DNA of 64,000 nucleotides from an uncultured Actinomycetota bacterium. Its GTDB lineage: Bacteria > Actinomycetota > Actinomycetes > Propionibacteriales > Propionibacteriaceae. Below, piece by piece: positions 30,040-39,641 of this stretch; position 1 is the first letter of the stretch, and each line of letters opens with the position of its first letter. The notes below the pieces were generated by a model, which worked only from the letters and a program-made list of their open reading frames with translations, ran no database searches and had not been told where the DNA came from. Position numbers and translations under genes: made by a program. Where the stretch lies: assembly GCA_963746025.1 (NCBI GenBank), contig CAVUZU010000009.1, positions 133,727-197,726 on the forward strand. The letters run 5' to 3'.

Positions 30040-30696
30040 ATGAATGCCCAGTCGCAGCAGGAAAGGTCCGCGCCGAAGCCGGCTTCGTGGTTGTTCGCCG
30101 AGGACTTCACTGCCGAGTCCGGAGCCTCCGCCGCGGCCCGGCAGGAGGCCATGGACCTGGGGGTGCAGCCGATCAGCACCGGCACCGCGAGCACGCTGAC
30201 CATGCTCGCCCGGTTGGTCCGCGCCTCCCATGTGGTGGAGATCGGCACCGGGTCCGGGGTGTCCGGGCTGGCCCTGTTCGCGGGCATGGTGCCGGACGGG
30301 ATCCTGACCAGCGTCGACATCGAGCCGGAGCACCAGCGGATCGCTCGCGAGGCCTTCACCGAGGTCGGGATCGAGAGCCGCCGGATCCGGTTGATCGCCG
30401 GCGCGGCGCTGGGGGTGCTGCCCCGGCTGAGCGACGGCGGCTACGACCTGGTCTTCGTCGACGGCGACAAGCTCGAATACCCCGAATACATCGAGCAGGC
30501 ACTGCGGCTGCTGCGGCCCGGCGGCGTGCTGGCGGTGGACAACTCGCTGTGGCACGACCGGGTGGCCGATCCGGCCAACTCCGAGGACGAGACGATCGCC
30601 GTCCGGGAGTCTCTCGACCGCGTCCGCGAGGACGACGACCTGATCTGCACCCTGCTGCCCTGCGGCGACGGACTGCTGGTCGCGGTCAAGCCCTGA
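30040..30696 (+). CDS. O-methyltransferase (Rv1220c-like)
   Basis: VVEIGTGSGVSG, YDLVFVDGDK, LLRPGG; leaderless after TAGGCT (in-frame upstream ATG at 29932 also possible). Confidence 0.92.
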   Translation: MNAQSQQERSAPKPASWLFAEDFTAESGASAAARQEAMDLGVQPISTGTASTLTMLARLVRASHVVEIGTGSGVSGLALFAGMVPDGILTSVDIEPEHQRIAREAFTEVGIESRRIRLIAGAALGVLPRLSDGGYDLVFVDGDKLEYPEYIEQALRLLRPGGVLAVDNSLWHDRVADPANSEDETIAVRESLDRVREDDDLICTLLPCGDGLLVAVKP

Positions 30697-30705
30697 GGCC
30701 GGTGA

Positions 30706-31929
30706 TCACCGCTCGACGGTGATCCCCTTGCCGACCACGGTGATGCCGCCGTCGGAGATCGTGAAACCGCGGGCCTGGTCGGCTTCGGGATCGACGCCGA
30801 CCTGCGCGCCCGGCGGGACGATCACGTTCTTGTCCAAGATCGCGTTCTGGATCACCGCGTCGGGTCCGACGTGGACGCCGTTCAGTAGCACCGACCGCTC
30901 GATGGTGGCCCGCTCCTCGACCCGGACGTTCGGCGACAACACCGAACTGTCCACCGACCCGCCGGAGATCACGCAGCCCGGGCTGACGATCGAGTCCTCG
31001 GCCGTCCCCTCGAGGACGAACTTCGCGCCGGGCATCTGCACCTGATAGGTCCAGATCGGCCAGTCCAGGTTGTACAGGTTGAACACCGGATCGACCGAGA
31101 CCAGGTCCATGTGCGCCTCGTGGTAGGCGTCGATGGTGCCGACGTCGCGCCAGTAGCTGGCGTCCTTGATCGTCGCGCCGGGCACCGTGTTGGCCGTGAA
31201 GTCGTACACCCTGGAATCGCCCGCGGCGACGAAGGCGGGGATGATGTCGCCGCCCATGTCGTGCCGGGAGTCGGTCGATTCGGCGTCGGTGGTGAGCATG
31301 TCCATCAAGGCCTCGGCGGTGAAGATGTAGTTGCCCATCGAGGCGAAGCTGGACCCGGGATCGTCCGGCAGCCCGGGCGGCGACGCGGGCTTCTCCAGGA
31401 AGCTCTTGATCTTGCCGGTCGCGTCGGCGTCGATCACCCCGAACGAGCTCGCCTGCTTCCGCGGCACCCGGATGCCGGCGATGGTGCAGCCGCTGCCGCC
31501 GTCCAGGTGGGCGTCCAGCATCTGCTCGACGTCCATCCGGTAGATGTTGTCGGCGCCGAAGACGACCACATGATCGGGAGCCTCGTCGATGATCAAGTTC
31601 ATCGACTGGAAGATCGCGTCCGCGCTGCCCTGATACCAACGCGGGCCGAGCCGCTGCTGTGCCGGGACCGGCGTCACGTAGTTGCCGAGCATGGTCGACA
31701 TCCGCCAGGTCAGGGAGATGTGCCGGTCCAGCGAATGGGACTTGTACTGGGTCAGCACGGCGATCTGCCGCAACCCCGCGTTGGCCAGATTGGACAACAC
31801 GAAGTCGATCAGTCGGTACGTACCCCCGAACGGCACAGCGGGTTTGGCCCGGTCCATCGTCAACGGCATCAGCCGTTTGCCCTCGCCACCCGCCAGCACG
31901 ATCGACAACACCTTTGGACGCGTCGCCAT
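30706..31929 (-). CDS. glgC: Glucose-1-phosphate adenylyltransferase
   Basis: [43 protein letters not shown]. Confidence 0.97.
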   Translation of the reverse strand: MATRPKVLSIVLAGGEGKRLMPLTMDRAKPAVPFGGTYRLIDFVLSNLANAGLRQIAVLTQYKSHSLDRHISLTWRMSTMLGNYVTPVPAQQRLGPRWYQGSADAIFQSMNLIIDEAPDHVVVFGADNIYRMDVEQMLDAHLDGGSGCTIAGIRVPRKQASSFGVIDADATGKIKSFLEKPASPPGLPDDPGSSFASMGNYIFTAEALMDMLTTDAESTDSRHDMGGDIIPAFVAAGDSRVYDFTANTVPGATIKDASYWRDVGTIDAYHEAHMDLVSVDPVFNLYNLDWPIWTYQVQMPGAKFVLEGTAEDSIVSPGCVISGGSVDSSVLSPNVRVEERATIERSVLLNGVHVGPDAVIQNAILDKNVIVPPGAQVGVDPEADQARGFTISDGGITVVGKGITVER

Positions 31930-32016
31930 GACCGCAACTTACCCGAGAAGCCGAGGTCCCAACCTCTCTTTGCTGATCTAGGTCCAGGACCGGTCCGGTG
32001 TGGCACGATCTTGACC

Positions 32017-33210
32017 ATGGCCGAGCGGATGTCGATCGCACTGCTGACCCGGGAATATCCGCCGATGATCTACGGCGGCGCCGGGGTCCACGTCGGGCAG
32101 TTGGTGCCCCAACTGCGAACTCTGATCGACGTCTCGGTGCACTGCATGGGTGAACCGCGGACCGGCGCCACTGCGCATCCGGAGGCCTTCCCGCCGGACG
32201 CCAATCCGGCCTTCCGGGTCTTCGGTGCTGATCTTTCGATGGCGGCCGCGGTCGAGCCGGTCGACCTGGTGCACTCGCACACCTGGTACGCCAACCTGGC
32301 CGGACACCTGGCCGGGCTCTATCAGGACACTCCGCATGTCGTCACCGCGCACTCGCTGGAGCCGCACCGGCCGTGGAAGGCCGAGCAGCTCGGTGGCGGC
32401 TACCGGCTCTCCTCCTGGGCCGAGCGGACCGCGTTCGAGGCCGCGGACGCGGTGATCGCGGTCAGTGACGGGATGCGCGCCGACACCCTGGCCTCGTACC
32501 GCGACCTCGATCCGGCCAAGGTGCACGTGGTCCGCAACGGCATCGACACCGACGAGTTCGCGCCCGACCCCGGCGTGCAGCACCTGGCCGAGCTGGGCAT
32601 CGACCCGGACCGGCCGACCGTGGTCTTCGTCGGCCGGATCACCCGGCAGAAGGGCCTGATCCATCTGGTCCGGGCCGCGGCCGAGCTGGACCCGGAGGCC
32701 CAGCTGGTATTGCTGGCCGGGGCTCCGGACACCCCGGAGATCGCCCGGGAGATCGGCGACGCGTTCACCCGGCTGCGGCAGACCCGCGACCACGTGATCT
32801 GGATTGAACGGATGCTGCCCCGGGAGCAGGTCCGGCAGGTGTTGTCCCGGGCCACGATCTTCGCCTGCCCGTCGGTCTATGAGCCGCTCGGCATCGTCAA
32901 CCTGGAAGCGATGGCCTGCGAGACGGCGGTCGTCGCCAGCGCGGTCGGCGGCATCCCCGAAGTGGTGGTCGACGGCGAGACCGGGCTGTTGGTGCCGTAC
33001 CAGCCGGAGCGGGCCGGCGATGATCACTACCGGGCCGAGTTCGAGGCCGACCTGGCGGCCAAGATCAACTCCCTGTTGCACGATCCGGAGCGGGCCGCGC
33101 GGTTCGGCCGGGCCGGGCGGCAGCGCTGCATCGACGAGTTCTCCTGGTCCAAGATCGCGGGCGAAACCGTCGACGTCTACCGGGCCGCGATCACCCGACA
33201 CTCCAGCTGA
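32017..33210 (+). CDS. glgA: Glycogen synthase / maltose-1-phosphate synthase (GlgA/GlgM, GT4)
   Basis: TREYPPMIYGGAGVHV, HSHTWYAN, GRITRQKG, YEPLGIVNLEAM; divergent from glgC. Confidence 0.95.
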   Translation: MAERMSIALLTREYPPMIYGGAGVHVGQLVPQLRTLIDVSVHCMGEPRTGATAHPEAFPPDANPAFRVFGADLSMAAAVEPVDLVHSHTWYANLAGHLAGLYQDTPHVVTAHSLEPHRPWKAEQLGGGYRLSSWAERTAFEAADAVIAVSDGMRADTLASYRDLDPAKVHVVRNGIDTDEFAPDPGVQHLAELGIDPDRPTVVFVGRITRQKGLIHLVRAAAELDPEAQLVLLAGAPDTPEIAREIGDAFTRLRQTRDHVIWIERMLPREQVRQVLSRATIFACPSVYEPLGIVNLEAMACETAVVASAVGGIPEVVVDGETGLLVPYQPERAGDDHYRAEFEADLAAKINSLLHDPERAARFGRAGRQRCIDEFSWSKIAGETVDVYRAAITRHSS

Positions 33211-33261
33211 CTTGTCAGAACTTAGTTGCCCCATGACGCAACTCAGTTCCGACAATTCGGC
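33206..33261. repeat. Family B palindromic repeat overlapping the glgA stop
   Basis: GCTGACTTGTCAGAACTTAGTTGCCCCATGACGCAACTCAGTTCCGACAATTCGGC. Confidence 0.85.
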
Positions 33262-33317
33262 GTTGGTGGGCGTAAATCCGGGTGCGCCGGGCCGGGTCGG
33301 TCAGGCAGGCTCGCGCC

Positions 33318-33419
33318 ATGTCGTCGACGAGCCTGCTGCCGGTCCGGACCTGTGACGTCCCCGCCTCGGCCAAGCAGCAGACCCGCACCGGTACGGAGAC
33401 TCCTCCCCCACTGCGGTGA
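33318..33419 (+). CDS. Putative 33-aa leader peptide (uORF) of the lysE-family gene
   Basis: CAGGCT-N6-ATG; MSSTSLLPVRTCDVPASAKQQTRTGTETPPPLR*; its TGA overlaps the GTG start of the next gene. Confidence 0.45.
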   Translation: MSSTSLLPVRTCDVPASAKQQTRTGTETPPPLR

Positions 33420-34045
33420 CCGCCGCGCTGGTCGCCGGCCTGCTGGCCGGCCTCGGCATCGCGCTGCCGGTCGGCGCGGTCGGCGCGTACCTGGTCGCCC
33501 TGACCGCCCGCAGCTCGCTGCGGGTCGGGGCCGCCGGAGCACTCGGCGTCGCCACCGCGGACGGGCTCTACGCCGCCAGCGCCATGATCGGTGGTGCAGC
33601 CCTGGCCGCGCTGATCCGGCCCGCCGCCGAGCCGTTGCGCTGGATCGCGGCCGCGGTGCTGCTCGTCCTGGCGGTCAAGATCACCATCGGCGCCGTCCGG
33701 CGTCACCGGGCCGAGCTCTCGACTCCCGTCGCCGCCGACCTGGCCGTGCCGACCGCGCCGCGGGCGTATCTGACGCTGCTCGGGATGACCCTGGTCAATC
33801 CACTCACGGTGCTCTACTTCACAGCGTTGATCATCGGGCTCGATCCGGCCGCCATCGGCTCACCGCTCGGCAAGATCATCTTCGTCGTCGGCGCCGGCAC
33901 CGCCTCGGCGGCCTGGCAACTGCTGCTGGCCTGCGGCGGAGCCCTGGTCGGCCGGCTCCTCACCGGCCCGCGCGGCCGCCTGATCACCACCCTCGGCTCC
34001 GCCCTGCTGATCACCGCCTTCGCCCTGCACCAATTTTTTGGCTGA
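33416..34045 (+). CDS. LysE/RhtB family amino-acid exporter
   Basis: IALPVGAVG, ALGVATADGLYA, MTLVNPLTVLYF; about 6 TM helices. Confidence 0.9.
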   Translation: MTAALVAGLLAGLGIALPVGAVGAYLVALTARSSLRVGAAGALGVATADGLYAASAMIGGAALAALIRPAAEPLRWIAAAVLLVLAVKITIGAVRRHRAELSTPVAADLAVPTAPRAYLTLLGMTLVNPLTVLYFTALIIGLDPAAIGSPLGKIIFVVGAGTASAAWQLLLACGGALVGRLLTGPRGRLITTLGSALLITAFALHQFFG

Positions 34046-34095
34046 CTTGTCAGAACTCAGTTGCGTCATAGGGCTACTCATTTCTGACAAGCCGC
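34041..34095. repeat. Family B palindromic repeat overlapping the lysE stop
   Basis: GCTGACTTGTCAGAACTCAGTTGCGTCATAGGGCTACTCATTTCTGACAAG. Confidence 0.85.
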
Positions 34096-34143
34096 AGTCC
34101 CGACTGGTTGGGGCCCGTTCCTGGCTGGAAAATAGGGCGGCGA

Positions 34144-34800
34144 TCACTCGGCGACGAGAAGGCGGTAGAGGCTGTCGGCCAGCCAGTCCCGGTATTGCTC
34201 GGGGGTCCAGCCGCGTTGGCCGACGAGCAGGTCGTACACGGTGAGCGCGTTGATCATCCACAGGGTGTCGCCGGCCTCGTCGATGCTCAGCCCCGGGCGG
34301 AGCAGGCCTCGCTCGGCGAGGTGCCCGGCGAAGCGCTGCAAACCGGTCCGGCGCTCGTCCTCGATCTGGGTCGCGAGGTCGGCCAGGGCCGGGTCGGTGG
34401 CCGACGCGGCGGCGAGCGCACGGAGCAGCGGGCCGGAGCGGCGATGGATGCCGGGCTGCGTCCGGGCGTAGAGCGCGAGCTTGCGCCGCGGGTCGGGCTC
34501 CTCGATCACCGCCTGGATGGCCGCCCGCCGCTCGGGCTCGACCCGGGCCCGTTCGCCGCCGCCGGCGACCGCGGCCCGGACGACCTCCTGAAACAGGCCG
34601 GCCTTGTTGCCGTACGCGCGGTAGATCGTCTCGACCACCACGTCGGCCGACCCGGCGACGGCGGCAAGGGTGGTCGCCGGATAGCCGCGCTCGGTGAACA
34701 GCTCGCCGGCCGCGGCGAGGATGTCCAGCCGGGTCTGCTCGGCCTGGGCTCGGCGCCGCCGAGAATTGTAGGGTCGCTTGCCCTTGACAGTCTCGCTCAT
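34144..34800 (-). CDS. TetR/AcrR family transcriptional regulator
   Basis: KRPYNSRRRR..AEQTRLDILAAAGELFTERGY..TT...VA..ADVVVETIY HTH. Confidence 0.92.
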   Translation of the reverse strand: MSETVKGKRPYNSRRRRAQAEQTRLDILAAAGELFTERGYPATTLAAVAGSADVVVETIYRAYGNKAGLFQEVVRAAVAGGGERARVEPERRAAIQAVIEEPDPRRKLALYARTQPGIHRRSGPLLRALAAASATDPALADLATQIEDERRTGLQRFAGHLAERGLLRPGLSIDEAGDTLWMINALTVYDLLVGQRGWTPEQYRDWLADSLYRLLVAE

Positions 34801-34844
34801 TCAGTGGAACCTATCTGACATCAATTCATTTCAGTTCTACTGAA
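34800..34844. promoter_or_regulatory. Putative TetR operator in a divergent promoter
   Basis: Palindrome TTCAGT-tct-ACTGAA at 34830-34844 and a related half-site TTCAGTGGAAC at 34800. Confidence 0.55.
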
Positions 34845-34886
34845 TCCTAGCCGAGGCAGTGCTGCCGACGGCGGAAGGGGACAACG

Positions 34887-35306
34887 ATGTCCGAGCACAA
34901 CAAGGCCGCCGCGGTGCGGCTGTTCACCGAGATCTTCCCGAACGGGACGTACGAGGACGTGGCCACGCTGGTCCACCAGGACGGCGTCGGCCATGAGGCC
35001 CCTCCCGGTTCGCCGGCCGGACCGGAGGGAGTCTGGCGGACGATCCAGTTCCTCCGGTCGACCTTCGAGGAGATGTCGTACGAGATCCATCACGCGGTGG
35101 CCGACGGCGATCTCGTCGCGCTGCACTGCACGCTGCACGGTCGCCAGGTGGGACCGTTGCCGGGCCTGCCGCCGAGCGGCGTCGTCGTGGCGCTGCACAT
35201 GATGCGCGTGCTGCGCTTCGCCGACGACAAGATCATCGAGGACTGGGGCATCCGGGACGATCTCGATCTGCGCCGCCAGGTCGGGCCGACCCCTGCCCAC
35301 GCCTAG
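34887..35306 (+). CDS. SnoaL-like ester cyclase / NTF2 family protein
   Basis: NKAAAVR...VADGDLV...GLPPSG...LRFADDKIIEDW.IRD. Confidence 0.88.
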   Translation: MSEHNKAAAVRLFTEIFPNGTYEDVATLVHQDGVGHEAPPGSPAGPEGVWRTIQFLRSTFEEMSYEIHHAVADGDLVALHCTLHGRQVGPLPGLPPSGVVVALHMMRVLRFADDKIIEDWGIRDDLDLRRQVGPTPAHA

Positions 35307-35317
35307 CCGGGTCCAGG

Positions 35318-35809
35318 TCAGACGACGTCGATCTCGGTGCCGCCGGTCAGCCGGAGCAGGTCCGGGTAGCTCCAGGGCACCACGGCGTGCGGGATGCCGC
35401 CGCCGGTCCACAGGGTCTCGTACTGGATCAGGTTCCGATCGACGACGGTACGAATCGGGGCCGGATGCCCGACCGGGGCGACGCCGCCGATCGGCTGCCC
35501 GGTGTGGGCCTTGACGAAGGCGGCGTCGGCCCGGCGCAACCGAGCGCCGACCGTCGCTGACACCTTCTCGACATCGATCCGGTAGGCACCGCTGGCCATC
35601 ACCAAGATCGGCGTCGGAGCGGCGTCGTCGGGGCCCGGATCGGCCGCGAAGATCAACGAGTTGGCGATCGCGCCGACCTCACAGCCGAGCTGGTCGGCGG
35701 CCAGCCGGGCGGTGGTCGCGGCGTCCGAGAGCAGGGTGATCCGGCCGGGCAGGCCCTGGTCGACCAAGATCGACTGTACGGCCGCGCAGTTCGGGTGGAG
35801 GGTGGTCAC
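35318..35809 (-). CDS. YbaK/EbsC family aminoacyl-tRNA deacylase
   Basis: LGCEVGAIANSLIF, TGQPIGGVAPVGH. Confidence 0.92.
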   Translation of the reverse strand: MTTLHPNCAAVQSILVDQGLPGRITLLSDAATTARLAADQLGCEVGAIANSLIFAADPGPDDAAPTPILVMASGAYRIDVEKVSATVGARLRRADAAFVKAHTGQPIGGVAPVGHPAPIRTVVDRNLIQYETLWTGGGIPHAVVPWSYPDLLRLTGGTEIDVV

Positions 35810-35892
35810 GATTCTTCCTTCAGCGGGTGGCTGCCTGCGATGAGTCGGCCCCGCGTCCGACTGGACCGCGGGGCCGACGCCGACGGGTTCGG

Positions 35893-36060
35893 TCAGCCGA
35901 CGACTGCCTGCAGCTCACTGGCCAATTTGGCGGCCTCTTCGGCATTGAGCTCGACAACGAGCCGGCCACCTCCTTCGAGCGGCACCCGCATGACAATTCC
36001 GCGACCCTCTTTGGTGACCTCCATCGGGCCATCACCCGTCCGCGGCTTCATGGCAGCCAT
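35893..36060 (-). CDS. DUF3117 domain protein (55 aa, absent from the ORF track)
   Basis: MAAMKPRTGDGPMEVTKEGRGIVMRVPLEGGGRLVVELNAEEAAKLASELQAVVG*, a strongly conserved actinobacterial small protein. Confidence 0.95.
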   Translation of the reverse strand: MAAMKPRTGDGPMEVTKEGRGIVMRVPLEGGGRLVVELNAEEAAKLASELQAVVG

Positions 36061-36177
36061 CGCTCACCCTCAATCCCTTAGTCATCGACGATCTTCATCA
36101 GTGTTAGGCAGCTATTGCTGCAATTATTCCGCATCAAGCCGCCGGGGCGCAGTTCGGGTCGGATACCGCGGGTCGTA

Positions 36178-36744
36178 TCATCCGGTCTCGCAGTCGGCCA
36201 GGTGGTCGTTCACCAGGCCCACCGCCTGCATCATCGCGTACGCCGTCGTCGGCCCGAAGAACCTGAACCCCTCCCGTTTCAGCGCCTTCGACAGGGCCAC
36301 CGATTCCGGCGTCTGAGCCGGCACCTCGGCGTTGGTCGCCGGCCGTGGCCGCTCCGGCTGGGCGTAGGACCAGATCAATTCGGCGAAGGACTCCCCCATC
36401 CGGCGGACCACGACCGCGTTGCCGATCGCCGCCTCGATCTTGGCCCGGTTACGGACGATCCCGGTGTCGGCCATCAGCCGATCGGCGTCGGCGGGACCGA
36501 ACTCGGCGACCCGTTCCGGATCGAAGTCGGCGAACGCCTGCCGGAAGTTGTCCCGCTTGCGCAGGATCGTGATCCAGGACAGGCCGGACTGGAACGCCTC
36601 GAGGGTCAGCCGTTCGTACAGCCCGATCACCGTCCGCACCGGGCGGCCCCATTCGGTGTCGTGGTACGCCACGTACTCGGGCGTGGACAGGCCCCAGGGA
36701 CAGCGCAGCCGGCCGTCCGGACCCGGCAGCGCCCCGGTGGTCAT
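36178..36744 (-). CDS. tag: DNA-3-methyladenine glycosylase I
   Basis: RCPW, YHDTEWG, LEAFQSGLSW, IVRNRAKI, NDHLADC. Confidence 0.95.
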   Translation of the reverse strand: MTTGALPGPDGRLRCPWGLSTPEYVAYHDTEWGRPVRTVIGLYERLTLEAFQSGLSWITILRKRDNFRQAFADFDPERVAEFGPADADRLMADTGIVRNRAKIEAAIGNAVVVRRMGESFAELIWSYAQPERPRPATNAEVPAQTPESVALSKALKREGFRFFGPTTAYAMMQAVGLVNDHLADCETG

Positions 36745-37232
36745 CGCCGCGCCTCCCGTTCGAGCAGCGAGGCCAGCCGTCGCAGGCTGTACGTCAGCCC
36801 GGCGCGGAGCACGGGCAGCAGCGGGCGGACGACCACCGCTGCGGCAGCGCCGCCGGGCGGCAGGAAGGACTCGGTCACGGCGATGATGCTGCCACCCGCC
36901 GCCGACAGCACCCGGATCGTGCCGACGCCGGTGAACCCGGGCCCGAGATGCAGCACCTCCACCTCGCCCGGCCCATCCTCGGTCGGCGGCGTCCAGCCGG
37001 TCACCACGAACCGGTCCAGCAGTCCGATCCGGAGCGGCCCGACGCGAATCCCGGACAGGGACTCGACCCGGACCCCGATCCCGGCGTCCCCGCTGCGCAG
37101 TCCGGTGGCGGAGTCGACCTCGACGGTGGTGAACGGGATCCATCGGGACTGTCCCGGCCAGTCGACCACGGCGCGCCAGGCGACCGCAGCGGGCACGTCG
37201 GCGGTCACCGACGCGGTCAGCAGCAGGGGCAC
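36741..37232 (-). CDS. SRPBCC family protein
   Basis: AWRAVVDWPGQSRWIPFT...VTGWTPP...HLG; GAGG SD. Confidence 0.8.
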   Translation of the reverse strand: MPLLLTASVTADVPAAVAWRAVVDWPGQSRWIPFTTVEVDSATGLRSGDAGIGVRVESLSGIRVGPLRIGLLDRFVVTGWTPPTEDGPGEVEVLHLGPGFTGVGTIRVLSAAGGSIIAVTESFLPPGGAAAAVVVRPLLPVLRAGLTYSLRRLASLLEREARR

Positions 37233-37255
37233 GGGATCCTCTTGTTGGCGTACCC

Positions 37256-37558
37256 CTAGCGGGGTGCGTCGGCTTCGAGCCGGGTCTTGAGCTCCGCGAT
37301 GGTCGCGTCGCGGCCGGCCAGTTCGGTCGCCAACCGATCCAGTACGTCGTCGACCTGATCCATCGCGTAGCCGCGCAGGGTGATCCCGAACTTGACGTCG
37401 GACACCTCCGCCGGCGTCACCGACCGATCGTCCGGCCAGGGATTCTGCCGGTACACGTCGCGATCGGGCTCCCGGGTCATGCCGCCCAGCCGGCCCGAAG
37501 CCGCAACCGCGACGACGCCGAGGGCGACGACGACCAGGGCCGCGATGAACCACTCCAT
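37256..37558 (-). CDS. DivIVA domain-containing membrane protein
   Basis: N-terminal TM; VKFGITLRGYAMDQVDDVLDRL. Confidence 0.9.
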   Translation of the reverse strand: MEWFIAALVVVALGVVAVAASGRLGGMTREPDRDVYRQNPWPDDRSVTPAEVSDVKFGITLRGYAMDQVDDVLDRLATELAGRDATIAELKTRLEADAPR

Positions 37559-37580
37559 GGGTCGATGCTTTCACAGGCCA

Positions 37581-38270
37581 TCAACTCGCCGCGCGAAGTG
37601 TGGCCACCGCCTCGTCGATGTCGTCGGTGACGGTGACCAGGGCGAGATCGGCCGGGCTGACGTACCCCTCGGCGAGCATGGTCTGCTCCAGCCAGTCCAG
37701 CAGGCCCTGCCAGTAGGCGCTGCCGAACAGGACGACCGGGAACCGGGTCACCTTCTTGGTCTGCACCAGGGTGAGGGCCTCGAACAGTTCGTCGAAGGTG
37801 CCGAGGCCGCCGGGGAAGACGATGAAGCCCTGGCTCGACTTCACGAAGCAGACCTTGCGGACGAAGAAGTAGCGGAAGTTGATGCCGAGGTTCACGTACG
37901 GATTGAGGCCCTGCTCGTGCGGCACCTCGATGCCCAGCCCGACCGAGGTCCCACCGGCCTCGGCAGCACCCTTGTTGGCGGCGGCCATGATGCCCGGGCC
38001 GCCGCCGGTGATCACGGTCAGGCCGGCCTTGGCCAGATCGGCACCGAGCCGTTCCGCGGCCTGGGCCATCGGGTGATCGGCCGCCACCCGGGAGGAGCCG
38101 AAGACGGCGACCGCCGGCCCGAGCTCGGCCAGCGCGTCGAAGCCGTCGATGAACTCGGCCTGAATTCTGAGCACGCGCCACGGATCGGTGTGCACCCAGT
38201 CCGCCGGGCCGCGACTGTCCAGCAGTCGTTGATCATGGTTCTCGCCACCGCGGCGGACGATTTCGGTCAC
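37581..38270 (-). CDS. LOG family / TIGR00730 Rossmann-fold protein
   Basis: DPWRVLRIQAEF, TGGGPGIM, FRYFFVRK, PGGLGTFDE; leaderless after TAAGGT. Confidence 0.93.
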   Translation of the reverse strand: MTEIVRRGGENHDQRLLDSRGPADWVHTDPWRVLRIQAEFIDGFDALAELGPAVAVFGSSRVAADHPMAQAAERLGADLAKAGLTVITGGGPGIMAAANKGAAEAGGTSVGLGIEVPHEQGLNPYVNLGINFRYFFVRKVCFVKSSQGFIVFPGGLGTFDELFEALTLVQTKKVTRFPVVLFGSAYWQGLLDWLEQTMLAEGYVSPADLALVTVTDDIDEAVATLRAAS

Positions 38271-38323
38271 GCCGCCGACCTTAGTGGGCCGAGACCCGGC
38301 AGACGTTGCGGGACATCCTCGGG

Positions 38324-39400
38324 TCAGCCGAGCCAGGCGAGCAGGCCGGCGCGGCACCGCTCCAGATCGACGGCGGGGCAGAACTCGTCGTCGGCGTGCG
38401 CCTTGTTCGGATCGCCGGGACCGAAGTTCACCGCCGGTACGCCGAGCTCGGCGAACCGGGCCACGTCGGTCCAGCCGTATTTGGGTCGCGGCTCGCCACC
38501 GACCGCCGCGGCGAACTCGGCCGCGATCGGCTGGTCCAGACCGGGCCGGGCGGCCGGAGCGCCGTCGGTGACGGTGAAGTCGTAGCCCGCCAACACCTCG
38601 CGCAGATAGGCCTCGGCACCGGCCAGATCCTTGTCCGGCGCGAACCGGTAGTTGATCAACACCCCGCACCGGTCCGGGATCACGTTGCCGGCGATCCCGC
38701 CGTCGATCCGGACCGCGTTCAGCCCCTCGCGATAGAGCAGCCCGTCGACCATGATCTCCCGGGGTTGGAAGCCGGCCAGCCGGCGCAGCAGCTCGTGCGC
38801 GTCGTGGATCGCGTTGTGCCCCTTCCAGGCCCGGGCCGAGTGGGCGGCGACGCCGGTCAGGATGATCTCCACCCGCATCGTGCCCTGGCAGCCGCCCTCG
38901 ATCCCGGCGTTGGAGGGCTCGCAGAGCACCGCGAAGTCACCGGCCAGCAGTTCCGGCTGCTGCCGGGCGATCCGGTAGAGGCCGTTCAGCTCGGCATCGA
39001 CTTCTTCGTTGTCGTAGAACACCCAGGTGAGATCGCGGGTCGGCGCGGTCAGCGCGGCCGCGGCCGCCAGTTGGACGGCGACGCCGCCCTTCATGTCGCA
39101 GGCGCCGCGGCCGTGGATGATCTTGTCGGCGCCGCTGCCGGTGATCTTGGCCGGCACGTTGCCGGCGATCGGCACGGTGTCCAGGTGGCCGGCGATCACC
39201 ACCCGCTGCGGCCGGCCCTGCTCGGTCCGGGCGAACACGACGTTGCCGCACCGGGACACGGCCAGGTGCGGATAGCGACTCAGGGCGGCCTGGACCGCAT
39301 CGGCGATCGGCTGTTCGGTCCCGCTCACCGACTCGATGTCGATCAAGGACCGGAGCAGTTCGGTCAGGTCGCCCTCGAGATCCAACACGGCTTCGCTCAC
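38324..39400 (-). CDS. dapE: Succinyl-diaminopimelate desuccinylase
   Basis: AGHLDTVP, GRGACDMKGG, NEEV, AHSARAW, KYGWTDVARF; start 7 nt after TAGGGT. Confidence 0.95.
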   Translation of the reverse strand: MSEAVLDLEGDLTELLRSLIDIESVSGTEQPIADAVQAALSRYPHLAVSRCGNVVFARTEQGRPQRVVIAGHLDTVPIAGNVPAKITGSGADKIIHGRGACDMKGGVAVQLAAAAALTAPTRDLTWVFYDNEEVDAELNGLYRIARQQPELLAGDFAVLCEPSNAGIEGGCQGTMRVEIILTGVAAHSARAWKGHNAIHDAHELLRRLAGFQPREIMVDGLLYREGLNAVRIDGGIAGNVIPDRCGVLINYRFAPDKDLAGAEAYLREVLAGYDFTVTDGAPAARPGLDQPIAAEFAAAVGGEPRPKYGWTDVARFAELGVPAVNFGPGDPNKAHADDEFCPAVDLERCRAGLLAWLG

Positions 39401-39410
39401 CCGAGGCACC

Positions 39411-39641
39411 CTACTGATCGTCCGCCGGCACCTCGAACAGGTCGCCGGGTTGGCAGTCCAGGGCGTCGCAGAGGGCAGTCAGGGTGGTGAACCGGATCGC
39501 CCGGGCCCGCTGGTTCTTCAGCACACTGAGGTTGACCAGCGAGACACCGATCCGGTCGCTCAGCTCGGTCAGGGTCAGCCCACGGTCGGCCAGCAACTGG
39601 TCCAGTCGGCAGACCACCCGGTGCGGCTCCTCGACCGGCAT
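39411..39641 (-). CDS. XRE/Cro-like HTH regulator (YozG family)
   Basis: NLSVLKNQRARAIRFTTLTALCDALDCQPGDL; coupled to DUF2975. Confidence 0.93.
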   Translation of the reverse strand: MPVEEPHRVVCRLDQLLADRGLTLTELSDRIGVSLVNLSVLKNQRARAIRFTTLTALCDALDCQPGDLFEVPADDQ

